From: Flectonema sp. DT1601
Taxonomy: Eukaryota
Reading direction: 5' to 3'
Length of the DNA stretch: 64,000 nucleotides
Assembly: GCA_964019425.1 (NCBI GenBank)
Contig: OZ025782.1
Location: forward strand, 682,001 to 746,000
Both the position numbers and the translations under genes were made by a program. Position 1 is the first letter of the stretch, and every line of letters starts with the position of its first letter. The notes under the pieces are model-generated. The model was not told where the DNA came from. It did not search any database and saw only the letters and a program-made list of their open reading frames with translations. Shown here piece by piece: positions 1 through 13,100 of the stretch.

Positions 1-147
1 CCGAAACCAAGAAAATCGCGTAAATCTTCGTTTGTTGCAGTCTCTAATAATGAAGGTGATGGTCTTTTTCCACGTTCCCACACGCCTGTTCGTGGTGTTA
101 AGAACCATGTTCCAAACAAAAAATCCCGCTCTCTCAAAATCATTTAA
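1..147 (+). CDS. Probable 3' end of an upstream gene (partial, runs off the left edge)
   Basis: Frame 1 is open from base 1 to TAA at 145-147 (PKPRKSRKSSFVAVSNNEGDGLFPRSHTPVRGVKNHVPNKKSRSLKII*), free of long homopolymers, and followed by A/T-tract-rich sequence. Confidence 0.45.
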   Translation, partial: PKPRKSRKSSFVAVSNNEGDGLFPRSHTPVRGVKNHVPNKKSRSLKII

Positions 148-1288
148 AAAACAGAGGAGACTAAGTCTGTTTACCTCCGTAGTTGTTTTTAGAATCGTTC
201 AAGTTATTTCAAGAAAAAAAGGAAAAAGAAATGCGAAAAAGAAAACTAAACAACAAAAGAAAAGAAGGGAATAATTACCTTCACTACCGAGAAAAGGTTA
301 AGACCACCGCTGCTTATTTCATTGTTAGGAATGCTCCGATCAGGTCGACCTCCTTCGAAAGTTTTCTTGCTGTGAATAAAAAAAAAAAAAAAAGGAGATA
401 AATTAACAAGCATTGGAAGCATTCCGTTGCCTTTCCCAAGGCAATCAAGTTCCCCTTTTGATCTATCTAGCTTCTTTGTTTTCATTAATTAAGTTTCTTG
501 TTATGTGCTATGGGTCAAAACAATGTATTTGAGATTTTCTGATAATAATAATCGTCGGCATGTTTCACTTCTGTTATTTCTTTATTTTTTTTATGAATTC
601 GAATTTTAATTATTAATGCGTGAATCTCTTACGCTTCCAAGAAAAACAAGGAAGGGAAGGAAAGAAAGCAAAAACCCATTACTACGAACTGAAAATCTTA
701 AATTGAAGAATTATTTTGAGGCACTTTTCACGTGCAGATTCCATTCTCAGCATTGCTCTGAGTACGCTTAAAGTAAAATTCCAGTTTGAGGAACGACTCT
801 CTTTTAACGCAGTTGCTTTTAAGTTGGGAGAGTAGAAAAAAAAAGGAAAGAAAAAAAAAAAAAAAAAAAAAAAACTCATTTTCTGCTGTTTCCTCCATTT
901 ATTTATTGAGAGAGAGGGAATGTGAGGAAGAAAGGAAACCCTGATAAAAAAGAAGGGGGGAGAAGGAAACTGTTTTCATAAAATAACAAAAAAAGAATGA
1001 TAACATTGTGTTACTTTTGGGCAGGCCCTTATCAACATTGCTCACGGTTGCTTGAAATAAATTTCGATAAAATTGAAGAGCTACTCTCTTTTAATTAAGC
1101 GACAGTAAGTCAACCGTTTTTTTGTTGATCTAAGAAAAAAAAACAATAATTTTTCTTCTTTGTCAGTTTCAGTTGTGTTTGTAAAAAAATGTTACCAAAA
1201 AAAAAAAAAAAAAAAAAGGTCGACTGTCAAGTTGGCCACAGAAAAAAAATAAAATAAAAATAAAAAATAAAACTTCCTTGTAAGAGTA

Positions 1289-1412
1289 AGTAACTATGAC
1301 TCTCTTAAGGTAGCCAAAATGCCTCATCTTCTGACGCACATGAATGGACCAATGAGATTCCTTCTGTCCCTACCTACTATCTGGCGAAACAGCAGTCAAG
1401 GGAACGGACTTG
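1289..1412 (+). rRNA. Isolated degenerate 28S/LSU rRNA fragment (domain IV-V region, around H69-H75); pseudogenic
   Basis: AGTAACTATGACTCTCTTAAGGTAGCCAAAATGCCTC...TGACGCACATGAATGG...GAGATTCC...CTGTCCCTACCTACTATCTGGCGAAAC...CAAGGGAACGG matches the conserved eukaryotic LSU block, with a small deletion and substitutions. No rDNA flanks it. Confidence 0.9.
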
Positions 1413-2740
1413 AAACTGTCACAAATATCCATATATAATGCAGACAATTCCCTGTAATGTTTTTATATAGAGATTATCCCTTTTGTATTGTGTTACTGAA
1501 ATCAATAATCCACGACACTTTTGTGTGAAACCAACTGCGACTCTGCCTTCGCCACTGAATAGTTATGAGGGATGAGGGTCCGATATTATTAGGTACAAAA
1601 AAAAAAAAAAAAAAATTCAAACCATTTAATGGTATCTTTTCGGGTTAGGTTTTTTTTCGTCTGTTTTTGTTTATGTAACCGGTGCAAGCGTACTGCTTGT
1701 TATTAGTATTCTCGGAAATAGTTTCTTTTAATTACTAGATCTATCACATTGTGAACGTCATTTACTTCGCGGCTCTTGTGCGAGTGTAACGCAGTCGAAA
1801 GCCTTTCGTTTTTATTTTTCCTTCTCTCTCCTTCAGCGAATATTGCAATATATTTTTTTAAAAATCTATACTCTGTAAAGGTTCTCTGGTATTTGTTTCC
1901 CAACTCACGGAAAAAAAAAAGTAAAAAAAAAAAAAAGTTAATTACTATTTATTATATTGTGGAGCCTTTTGCGACATTTGCGTGTGTTTACGTCAACTAA
2001 CATTATTCTTAATTAAAAAAAAAAAAAAAAAGAAATCTACATCTGCAAAAACAAACTTATGGCAAGGGGACTCACAACTTGCTCTTAGCGAACTACCAGA
2101 TTCGACATCGTTACCAACATTATTTCAGTTGTAAACGAGTGTAATATATTATCTTAGCTGCTGTTTCTGGGAATCGAAAGCTAAATATTCTGTCATAGCT
2201 CTCAGTATAACCTTGTTGCTTATCTTGGAGTTTTTTTAAAGTACTAAACAAAATAGTCCTCCAGATTTTAGGCTCAATCTACTACCGCGGTATTGCGACC
2301 TACTGGATGCTCGTAGGGTGTCTGCCTAGGTGGTACTCGGTGGTGTGTTGGGCTTGCCAAGCTAATTAATATTTACTACTGTTTCTACATTGTCACAATA
2401 TCATCCCTCAAAGAAGTACCGAATGATTGGTATGGCATCCCCGTAAAAGTATTCTCCCCCCGAAGTCTGATTTCCCTAACTTCGATAAATAAATAAGTAT
2501 CTAACTCGACAATAGTGACTTAATTATCAAAACAGATATTAACGAACAATGGAATGTAGTTGGAGTTTTACATCCGATCGTTATAATAATAATTACTTCA
2601 TAACAGGTGTATACCCTCCTAACCTTCCCGAGCTTGCAACTCGTAGAAAGCTTACCTCTCTCTCCCTTCCCTTTCCTCTCCCTGCTTAGTCAGACAGCAA
2701 CTGACGTTCTGTGAAACTAAGGATACTTAAAGAAGTCAAT

Positions 2741-3150
2741 ATGAAGGATGATGAGTTCATCAGAAGAATAAGAAAGATGTACGAAAAATGGAAGCCTCAG
2801 GTAACTGATCCAAGTACACTGGTATGTGTTTATTTTATGATTCGTGATCGGTTGGAATTGGAATTTAGAAAAAAAAAAAAAAAAAACAGGCCAAATCTCT
2901 CGCAAGGAGATTCATAACCCCTGAACAGAGAACTCAGTGTATGTTGGATTTGGTAGCTAAATTAGGACCTGAACCAGAATCATCTTACGGGTCTGATGCT
3001 ATTGAAGAACCTCAAGAGAAGGCGAGACCTAAGATCTCAGTCTTTGATAATAATGAAGCCATTCAGAAACAACAGCATCGTATGATGATGGAAGAAACAA
3101 AGAAGCAGCGGATGAAACAGCAGGCGCACCCGCAGTTGCAGCAACAACAG

Positions 3151-3208
<58 letters not shown>

Positions 3209-3474
3209 CACTACAGCAGCAACAGCAGCAACACGCCGCAGCTTTGGAAGAAGTTGCTCAGCAGAATGCCTTGTTTCAGCAACAACAGCAACAGCTGCGC
3301 TACCAACAGCAACAGCAGCAGCAACAGCAGCTCCAGCAACAGCTTCTTCAGCAGAACCAGGCGCACCAGCAGCAACAGCTTCTTCAACGGCAATTGCTGC
3401 AGCAGAATCCTCAGCATCTGATGCTGCAGCAGTTACAACAGCAGCAATTACAGCAATTTCAGTTATTGCAGACA

Positions 3475-3510
<36 letters not shown>

Positions 3511-4365
3511 GTGCAACAGCAACAACAGCAACAGCAGCAGGTGCAGCAACAGCAGGTGCAACAGGCGCAGCAACAGCAACAGCAACAGGCGCAGCAACAG
3601 CTTCAGCAGCAGCAAGAGGAGCAACAGCAGCAACAACAGCTTCTTCAGCTAATGCAACAACAACAGCAGACTGCTAGTTACTTGCATCGTGTTGGTGCAA
3701 TAAAGCCCGTCTCGCCTACCCAACCATCGCTGTCACCAGTAGTCGAAAGCCTGCAGACTGAAGCTACTGAGAGCATTCCAACTCCTCCTAACTCACCCCC
3801 TGAGAAGGTTGAGTCACCACCAGTTAGTGGGAGGTTTGTTGCTAGAAGTAAAGACCCTGTCCAGACTGCTGCCGCTGCTGCTGCTGCTTCGTCTAGTCCA
3901 AGTGCTGCTAAGAAGAAAAAAGATCTCGTTGGAACGGTATGTTATCGACAAGTACTTACTGTTGAATATTAGTTAAATAAACTCCTAATCACAACCTCAA
4001 CAGGGAACTCGTTGGAATGGAACACCTCCCCCAAAGAAGGAAGGAGAGGGAGATGGTAAACCCGGATCGTCAAAATTAAAGAGCGAAGAAGAAAAGGAGT
4101 GGAAGCAGAAATGCGAAGCTTACCGGTTTACTACTAAAAACATTGTTTACAACAAGGGAACATTACTTCCGGCGGAAATCATGTCTAACGAGCATCCAGT
4201 ATGTAGTTTATACATTAGTCACTATTTGATTATGCATTCTAAGTTATATTAAACAAAAACAAACAAACGCAGGACGGACCATGGTCTGCTGGGAGAGGTC
4301 GTCCTAGCGCACGTCCACCTCCGGGTTTGAACTCTGCAAGATGGGCACAGTTAACAGATCGCTAG
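2741..4365 (+). CDS. Poly-glutamine low-complexity protein with an N-terminal 'R..xY...P...LVxKxGPEP' helical motif; 4 coding exons
   Basis: Exons 2741-2800, 2890-3936, 4004-4198 and 4273-4365 join in frame across GT-AG introns. N-terminus MKDDEFIRRIRKMYEKWKPQAKSLARRFITPEQRTQCMLDLVAKLGPEP; CAA/CAG-rich tract; ends ...WAQLTDR*. Confidence 0.75.
3118..3669 (+). repeat. CAA/CAG trinucleotide repeat region encoding poly-Q
   Basis: Interrupted (CAR)n runs seen directly. Confidence 0.9.
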
Positions 4366-6437
4366 CATTATTAGCTTCAGATTTAGCATGCAATAAATGG
4401 AAATGAACCCCGTGTGCGTAACTAACGCCATATTAGGAAGTGTGCTGCTGCTGCTACAAGGTGCGATGTTCGCTGACTGCTCCAGAGGAGAAACCTACGC
4501 GGAAAGAGGTGTTTTGAGAATAAAAAAAGAACAGAAAAAAAAAAAAAAAAAAAAAAACCAACGCGATGAAGACACCTGAGACATCGGGACCCCCATCAAC
4601 AGCAAAAAAATAAAAAAAATAATGAAATAAAAAAAAAGAAAGAAAAAAAGAAAATAAATTTTATTTAGAAAAAAAAAAAAAAAAAAAAACAATGATCCAG
4701 TGAGACGGACCCTTTCATTTAAGTGTGAGGTACTGGTACATCTACCCCCCTCTTTGTTAGAATCTTAGGCAACGTTGACAGTTTCTTGAGGGAATTCCTC
4801 ATACCTCTCAAGATTGTTTTGTTTTCTCCTTTTCCTTCGTATTAACCTTAGTGATTAGAAAAGACCCTGCTACAAACTGCTAATTCATTGTGTTCATTGG
4901 ACGAATTAATCTTTTTTCTTTTTTTGTCCAGAAGTATTTCTTTTTTTTTTTTTCTTTTTTTTCATTCTTTTTCATTCTTTTCCCGCCTCTCAAAGTCTGG
5001 TCACATCAATCATTGTTTTTTTATACAAAGACACAGCAGGGACTTAAGACACGGTCGCTAAGGGGGAGGAGGGTTCTTTTCTCAACCTTTTTTTTTTTTT
5101 TTTTTTTTTTTTTGCTGCTTCAGTCATTCATGTTTGGCAATGGTTCGCCATGGGTATTTACTTTCTCTGAATAGAGAGCCATCCTTTTTATGTATGTTTT
5201 AGAAAACGTGTGCCACATGATTGCTTTGACAAGGGGTAAAAAAAAAAAAAAAAATAGAAACTATGCGAAATAAGCAATCGGAATTCGTTCAGAGAAGGGA
5301 AAAAAATAAAAATAAAATAACTGTCCTGCTCTTAGGTCTTAGGCGTTCTTGGTCATTTTCCCCTCAAGACACTGTTGAACAAGCACGAGAGCCAGTACAC
5401 AGAAAAATATAAGAGGACTTTTAATTAGTGTGTTTGCGTCGTCTTCTTCTTCTTCTTCTTTTTTTTTTGGATTTCTTCCTCCCCTGCCGCTCTCAAAGTA
5501 TACTTTTTTTTTTATAAAAAAAAACAAAATTATTTTTTTTCGAAGTTTTTTTTTTTTTTTTTTTTTATATTCCTAATTTCTACGATTGAATCATAAAAAA
5601 AACAATTTAAAAAAAAAATAAATAAATGAAATGAAATGAAATGAGGAGAACCCCGCTATGGATAACACACCGTACCATCGCGACAGACGATTTTGTGCCT
5701 GTCCAGTGGTGTTCTTTTCTTTCTTTCTTTCTTTCTCATTCGTTCATTAAGTCATTTCTCTCCTCTCCGTCTCATTTCCTTTTCCTTTTTTCCCCCTTTA
5801 TTATTATTGTCTTTTTATCAAGATTACAATGCCATATATAACAAGCATTAAAAAAAAAGAAAAAGAAAAAAAAAAAAGAAAAAAGAAAAAAAAAGGGATG
5901 AGCATTAAATGAAAGAAGGTATCGGGAGGGACTACAACTGGGTTGCATGCCTTTGTCACGCACGAAATCTTCATTTTTTGCCTATGCTACAGTGTCCTGA
6001 AAGGTTGCGACATACCCTTTTTTTTTTTTTTTTTTTTTTAAATTAAAACCCTCCTCCCCTTTGTTCCGCCAACACACAGTCACTATGCAAATGTTTCCTG
6101 ACTTCAGACTTATTGCCCTTTTTTTCACTGAGGGTTGTTTTTCCTTTATTCCTACTCCCCGTCCTTTTTTTTTTATTTATTTTTTTCTCCCGTTGTTGTT
6201 GTTACAAGACATGCTATTCTAAATATATAAAAAAAAGAAATAATAAAACTATTTTTTTATAAATAGTGGGTAGCAGGAAGAAACTGTTTGTTGATTTTCT
6301 ACTTTCTATGCAGCTTTTCTTTTTTCTTCCTTGATGTTAGAATCAAGTAGCTGCCAAACACCGAACAAGTAATATACGTACATTTATTTAAAACTTTTCT
6401 TTTGCAACACGTTAGAACAACTTCAAGCACAAACAAA

Positions 6438-6470
<33 letters not shown>

Positions 6471-7735
6471 AAAAGAAAAAAACACGCACACCACTATAAA
6501 ATGAAAGGAAAAAGAAAAGAAAAAAATAATTGGGAGGTGCTTTGACCTCAATGTGGTTTAGTTTCCGTCAGTGTTTACTGACGCGGTTTTTCTCATTTGT
6601 ACTTCAAAATATTTTATTTTTTTCTCCTCCCTTTCTCATTATTGCGAGAAGATCCCCTACTTGCTGTTCTTAAATCGAATATTTATCTCACTTCCCAAAA
6701 TCTACATCTTGACCCCCAAATTCTCTGGTTACATGGTGTATATCGGATCTCGACTAAGGGAACCAACCCTCAAAAAAAAAAAAAAAATTTCAATAATAGA
6801 AAAAAAAGGCAACCATTCGTTGCATTTGCAGCAATATAGCATTCTGTTTTTTTTTTTCCCCCTCTTTTTTTTTCTTTTTTCCTTTTTTTTTTTTTTTCCC
6901 TCCCCTTTTTTTGAATGATGTCTCTTTACTCGCTAAGATGCGATTTGCTGAACCCAGTGATTGGTAGATTCGGGGTGGAGTTGGGCGCTTGTCTGACAAG
7001 GTTCAAAAAAAACAAATAAATAAAAAAAGAGAGACAGGAAAAGAAAATGATGACGCACTATGGAAGACTCGTAGCTCTTCACACCTATATATATTTTTAT
7101 TTTTTTTCCCCTTCAAAATTTCCCCCTTTATTTTTGATCTTCTCGATTCTGGTCTTTCCCTTTGCTTTGTGCCTCCTCCCCACACAGAAATTACAAAAAA
7201 AAAAAAAAAAAAAAAAGGTTTCGTTAACAATAAGAAGTTCAACTCCTAGGGAATGATAGTATAACAACAGAATAATGCGATGATGAATTGATTCTTTAGG
7301 CTAGCCTACGTGTTTCCTCAAGTGGCTGTAGCCACCGAGACAAGAATTCATTTCTGAAAGGGGGAGAGAAAAAAAAAAAAACATTGAGAAGAAATAGAAG
7401 CGCTCCAACTCCAGGAGAAAATCCATCTAAATTCGCCCTGTTGATTTTTTTTTTTCTTTCCCTTATTTTTTTTAAAAATACTTTTTTTTTCCTGAGCACG
7501 TGCTTTTTTTTTCTTTTTTTTTTCACCCCCGCGGTCCTTAAATGATTTCAAGCCTTGTCTCGTCTTTCGGAAAATTTCGGAAAATCCGTTTGGAAAATGG
7601 AAATTAAATATTAAACAGGTTAGCTATTATATAGATGAGAAACACGTTAGTCCAACTTCTAAAATGGACGAAAGGAATCTATGTTCATGTTAACTGAAAA
7701 GAATAGTGTTTTCGTGGGAATACAGTTGTTGTGCC

Positions 7736-7766
<31 letters not shown>

Positions 7767-9743
7767 CTTTTCTGTTTTGTTTCCTCCGAAAGACGTAATC
7801 TTAGGATCATTGGGGGAGGGGGAGTTTTTTTTTTTAATTTCTTTTTTTTTTTTTTCTCTCTTTGCTTCTGACCGATGTTGATGGTAAAACTCTCTCTTCA
7901 AGCAGGACTCCTCTATCTCCAATACATATTAATTTTTTTGCTTTTTCTTTCTCACTTTTTTATTAGTACATCCTAGGAGAGTTGATATTTCTACATAATA
8001 GTCACTTAGTGTAACAGCCACTGGTCGGTTTCTTAGACATACAGGAGCAGGAAAACAAAACAAACAAAACAAAAAAAAAAATAACTTTAAAAAAAAAAAA
8101 AAATTAAAATTAAAAATTAAAAAAAAAAAATTAATAATAAGAAAATATCCTTGCGTTATTTTCGTTTCATGTTCAATGTTTTTTTTTCCAATTGTGGGAA
8201 GACGGGTCTGAATGCTGGAATCAGATTTTCGTCAAAGAAATATTTTGCTGAAGCTACTTATTTCTACGCAGAAATCAATCTTGCTAAGGTTACCTGGACT
8301 TTCCTCGTAAGGAGAAGAAGAATGAGATCCCTTCCCAACTTTCCCAAGTTTCGAAAGTCAGTGTTTATTCCCTCCCATTGCGTCCAAGGATACAAAGAAA
8401 GGATCACATCAAGTTTTTAACATTTCTTTTTAAAAAAGAAATGTTTGAAAAAAAAAAAAAATAAAAAAAAAATTTCTCCTTATACCCTGGGGCAAACAAT
8501 TGTATATTTTCTTTTCCCGTTCTCTTTTTTATTTTTTATTTTTTATTATAATTATTTTTTTTTTTTTTTATTACTACAAAAAAAAAAAAAGCAAAAAAAA
8601 GGGGAGGGGGAAAAAAGAAAGAAACAAAACAAAAAAACAAAAAAACAAAAAAAAAGCTCAACAAGAAATGCACACAAAGCACAAGAAAAGTATTGTCGAG
8701 AGAAAGGAAAGAACGAATGTACGATAAGCGAGGATGCAACACTCTTCTGAAGCAGCTTGCTTGTTAAGCGTCTGCCCATGTTTTTAAACTGGTAATAGGA
8801 GAGTTATGTAAGAGCAGAAAACCTTTGTGTTCCATTACACTACACGGCAAGCATATCACATTGTTTTCAGACCGAGAAATGAATAAACTTCGGTCACAGC
8901 CCTTTCAAGCAAATAGGAAGAGTTAAAAAAAACGCGGGGAAAAAAAAAAAAAAAAACCAACAAAGCCTTCAGTTTAAAGAGTGTATGGTGACACTGTTTC
9001 GAGAACCTAGCTGTAGGAGAAAGTACGTTCTCTCATGTGACTGGTGATGCTCAAATCTGAGCTCCCCACTGCCCTAGCAAGAGTTGTGATCCCTTGTTCT
9101 TCAAAAAAAAAAACAAAAAAAAAAAAGAGCAAAATTGCAAGGGATCGAAAGAACGAAAAGGACAAAAGCCAGAACAGAATTAGTGTGTCGCCTTTTCGGG
9201 CATTGTCCGCGAGATACCATTTTATTGTAGCACTTAGAAGTGTATCTTTGAGGAACTCGTTTTCAAAAAAAAAAAAAAAAAAAAAACTTGCTATTCCCCC
9301 ATTTTTTTTCTTGTCTTTATTCTTTGCTATTGCAAGGGATGGAAAAAAAATTATATGAATAAAAAAAAGACTTAAGAAGGGAAGAGAAGAGAAGAACAGA
9401 TCGGAATACAAGGTAGAAGAGAATCGCTACCCTCGTAGAATGTGATACTTTGTGGCGATCGCATTGATAAGGTTTGTTAAAGGCAAAAAGGAAAAATCAA
9501 GTATTAAAACAAGATATCTTTTATTAAATCAAACCGTGCTTGGATACAATTCTTACTTACTGGGAAATTTGATAAAAATGGGGGAAGCTTTTTTTTTTAG
9601 TTTTTTTTTTTTTTCTTTTTTTTGAAAAAAAAAAAATTCTTGTCAACAAACGCGGTCTTTATGCAGTTATTCTGAAGACAATATTAAAGAAAAAATGAAA
9701 AATAAAAAATATGAAAATAAGGGAGAAACAGGAGTTTTTTTTG

Positions 9744-9777
<34 letters not shown>

Positions 9778-10100
9778 AGTAACTGCCACAGCGCTTTTGC
9801 CAACGAGAAGGCTTCGAAATATGGATTTGAAAAAAAAAAACTGGACAACAAAAAAAAAAAAAAAAAAAAAATGAAATATCGCTGAGCAACAGAAGAGCAG
9901 TAACGTCGGCCCAAGCCGCAAGACCATTGCTATTAAATGCGTCTTCTTTGGAAGTAAGAGTGATAGCATTTCTTCATTAACAACAAAACCATACTTTTCC
10001 CCTAGCAGGACAAGACTACGAAGAAGATTGAAGGCAGTTTTAATTTCGATCAATCATCCATATCACTTCTTTTATATTACTCACAGGTGGCATCCAAAGA

Positions 10101-13100
10101 ATGCCTCAAGTCGTAATACCAGAAGACAATGATGCTATAGATAGCAGTAGGCTCGCAGGTGCAGAACCTGAGGTACAGAGAGAGGCAATTAACTGGTTGA
10201 GAAAATGGTTAAAAGGTGTGCCAATATCAGAACGAGAGAGGGTAAGTGTGATACTACTCGCTGCTCTGCCAAGGGATCCGAGAGAGCTATCAAGTGTGTC
10301 TTGGGAAACATTCTTACCAATAGCAGCAAGGGAAGCGCTTGCAGGAGTTGGTGCTCCTGTCACGTACGATACACTACAGAGTCCGGGTCCGCGAAGTGGT
10401 GAAGATGACTTTCTTGAAGTAGAAAGCCGCTGTAATACTGATCCAGACATTCCTCTTCTTCCGATATACGGTCTCAGTGTTCCACCACACATGGTTGATA
10501 TCTCATTTCACAGTTCAATGTCTTCAGGTACCTGGTTAGTATCTCCTGGTGGTAATAATATAGGATCACTTGATAAAAGTTTAGAAGCAATATTCCCACA
10601 CTTGGAACACGATTCAACGGAATCATTTGTTAAAGCATGGAATGGATCTAATAATTCTGATACCCCAGTTGGTATTTCTGTAACTCCACCAGCAGAAGTT
10701 CTCATAGTGCCTTCTCTTCCTTATCCGTCAGTGATATCACCAACTGAGATTCCAATAATTGTTGATTCGCCTGTTGATAAATTAAATGCTACAATCCCTA
10801 TCAAACCTGCAGCAAGAAGCCCGGCTTCTGCTCGTCGGGGTAGCAAAGCGTCGTCACCTAAAGGAGCTGGACTAGCTCCAGTAAGGACACCAGTCAGGTC
10901 ACGTTCCCCACAGCCATTAGGAACGAGACTGTCAGTTGCTAATACTGGGGGTTCTCTGTCTGCTAGACCTGCTGCTCTGTCTGCCAGACCTGGTACAGCA
11001 TCTTTCCCTGCTCTCTCTGTTAACACAACTGGATTATCTGCAACTATGTCAAGCCCATCTCCTGAAAAGAGACTTCGCCCCACCGAAAATGAACGCCGGG
11101 CGTCGATAGGCCTGCAGCCCATCGTTCCTGGTCGAGAACGCAGGCGATCAGTAGGTCTACAGCCGATGTTCCCTACTAAAGAAAGAAGACGTTCAACAGG
11201 AGGTATTCCAGGAGGTATTCCAGGAGGTATTTCATCAACTAGCAGCTCACCGATGTCAAAAGGCAGGTCTGTAATGCGAATGGTAAGAAAGCCGACTTCA
11301 GAACTGATGGAAATAAATATAAAAGAAGCATGGAACGACCTAACTCTGGAAGAAAGACGTCGCTGGAAAGAAGCTCAACGAAAGCAAACATTAGCAAAGG
11401 CGAGGAAGGATGCGAAAAGAATTCCTAAAAAGACTCCTTTAGCCTTGGAAGCAACAAATCCAGACCTTGTTCCGTACGACGATCCTGTTGACTGTACAGT
11501 CTTTGATGTTAATGCAAGACCTAAAGGGCATATTGATATCAAGGGAGAGCTTGATGTTGGAGTTATCTTGTGCGCTAACTGTGTAACTGCGCCATTGAAA
11601 GGTTTTGAACCCTTCGCACATGATGAACTCTCATGGTTTATATCTTCTTCTAAAGAAGGAACTCAACAGGAAATTCAACTTCTTGAAGACATCCCTGAAA
11701 TCCCAATCACAACAGATCTTCAAGGAAAGTACATTACCTGTAAGTTTAGGCCTTCTGGTGTGTTCTATGGTAAACAAGTTATTGGAGATGTTATTTCTTC
11801 AACTGTTGGACCAGTAAACAGACTATCTGAATCACAAGTAAGTACTCCTCGTGTAACAGTTGGAAACATTGTTGAAAGTGAATTACGTCCGGGATGCGAT
11901 ATCAAGCTTCCTAACATGAAGAAGCCATATACTGAGGTCTGTACTTTTATTATTTTAAAATATGTTATTTATATAAGGAATCGCTCATAATTAATTAACT
12001 TAAAACAGATCCCCAGATGGATATTCTCCGACCCTATTACAGATATCCCAAAGTTAACTCCTGTTAAGGGAATCGGATTATTTCTGAAACAGGAACACGT
12101 TGGGTTGAAGGTTTCGGTATGTTGTTAATATCTATCAATATCCATCAAAAAGGAGGAGAAAAAAACCAACATGAGCAAAATAAATAAATAACTAAAATAA
12201 AGGTACTATTCACAGTAATGTCTTCACCAGCTATGTTGCAATGCACTGTCGGTGTCATTGAAGCAGATAGTTCTGAAGATGAAGGAGAAGCGTACGCTTA
12301 TCCAGTGTCACCAATAATACTGCCGACAATGAAGAAGAACTCTCGTAAGGAATCTATGAGGAGAAGAGCTTCTTCATCTCATGATGATGATTCAGTGTTT
12401 GATGCGTCTCTGAGGAATAAATCATTCTTAAAGAGAAAGGTTAGTACTGTCGCTACAGTTTCTGACGTGCACATCAACGACGCTGAGAGTATAAAGTCTG
12501 AGTCAGAAGCATCAGAGCAATACATTCCTCCAGAAGATGGTGAGACTGAAGCAGAAACTGATGCTTCAGAAGACACGGTTGTTTCTTCTATCAACATGCC
12601 TGTCATCGCAACGATACCAACACCAGAAGTAATAGATAGTGATGCTGTTGGTGAGGCTCCACCCATCTTTGAAAATCAAATCCCCAACAGCGAGGAAGAT
12701 GACAACAGATCGGATTTCGTTAACACTGTTCCGTTGGCAGTAGCTATCCCACAGCAATCTCCAACACCAGAAGTACATTCTGTCAAAGCATCACCTGCGA
12801 GTACTAAAAGTGATGACATATTACCTCCAGTTATAATACCTGTAGACACCACTCAATATAATAGCAAACTTACTTCTCCAGAAGTTGAAAGTTCAATACC
12901 AGAAGCGTTGTCATCGTGGTCCATATCCGAAAGAGAGGCGGAGGTGACGGCGGTCACTCCGGATCCAATTGATACCTCAGGTATTGCGAGGCCACGTCCT
13001 AAGAGAAGATTTCGACCTGGACAAGCACCTCCAAAGTCTGAAGGTCCTCCAACACTGTTTGAAGCACCAGTGGCTTCAACACCGGTAGAGGAAATAACTG

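Noticed and set aside
1289..1412. Functional rRNA gene or natural LSU fragment gene
   Set aside because: Too short, has a deletion in a conserved helix, and has no adjacent rDNA.
2059..2740. Possible SAM-like domain assembled from upstream mini-exons using non-canonical introns
   Set aside because: It needs GA donors or an 11-nt intron; the ATG at 2741 after a strong pyrimidine tract gives a simpler model.
3029..3475. Minus-strand Ala/Val- and Leu-rich ORFs (also 22722-23609)
   Set aside because: Antisense shadows of CAG/CAA/AAC repeats.
183..10053. Many 60-135-aa ORFs rich in poly-K/poly-F here and in other spacers
   Set aside because: They are translations of A/T homopolymer tracts that lack stops; no coding signal.
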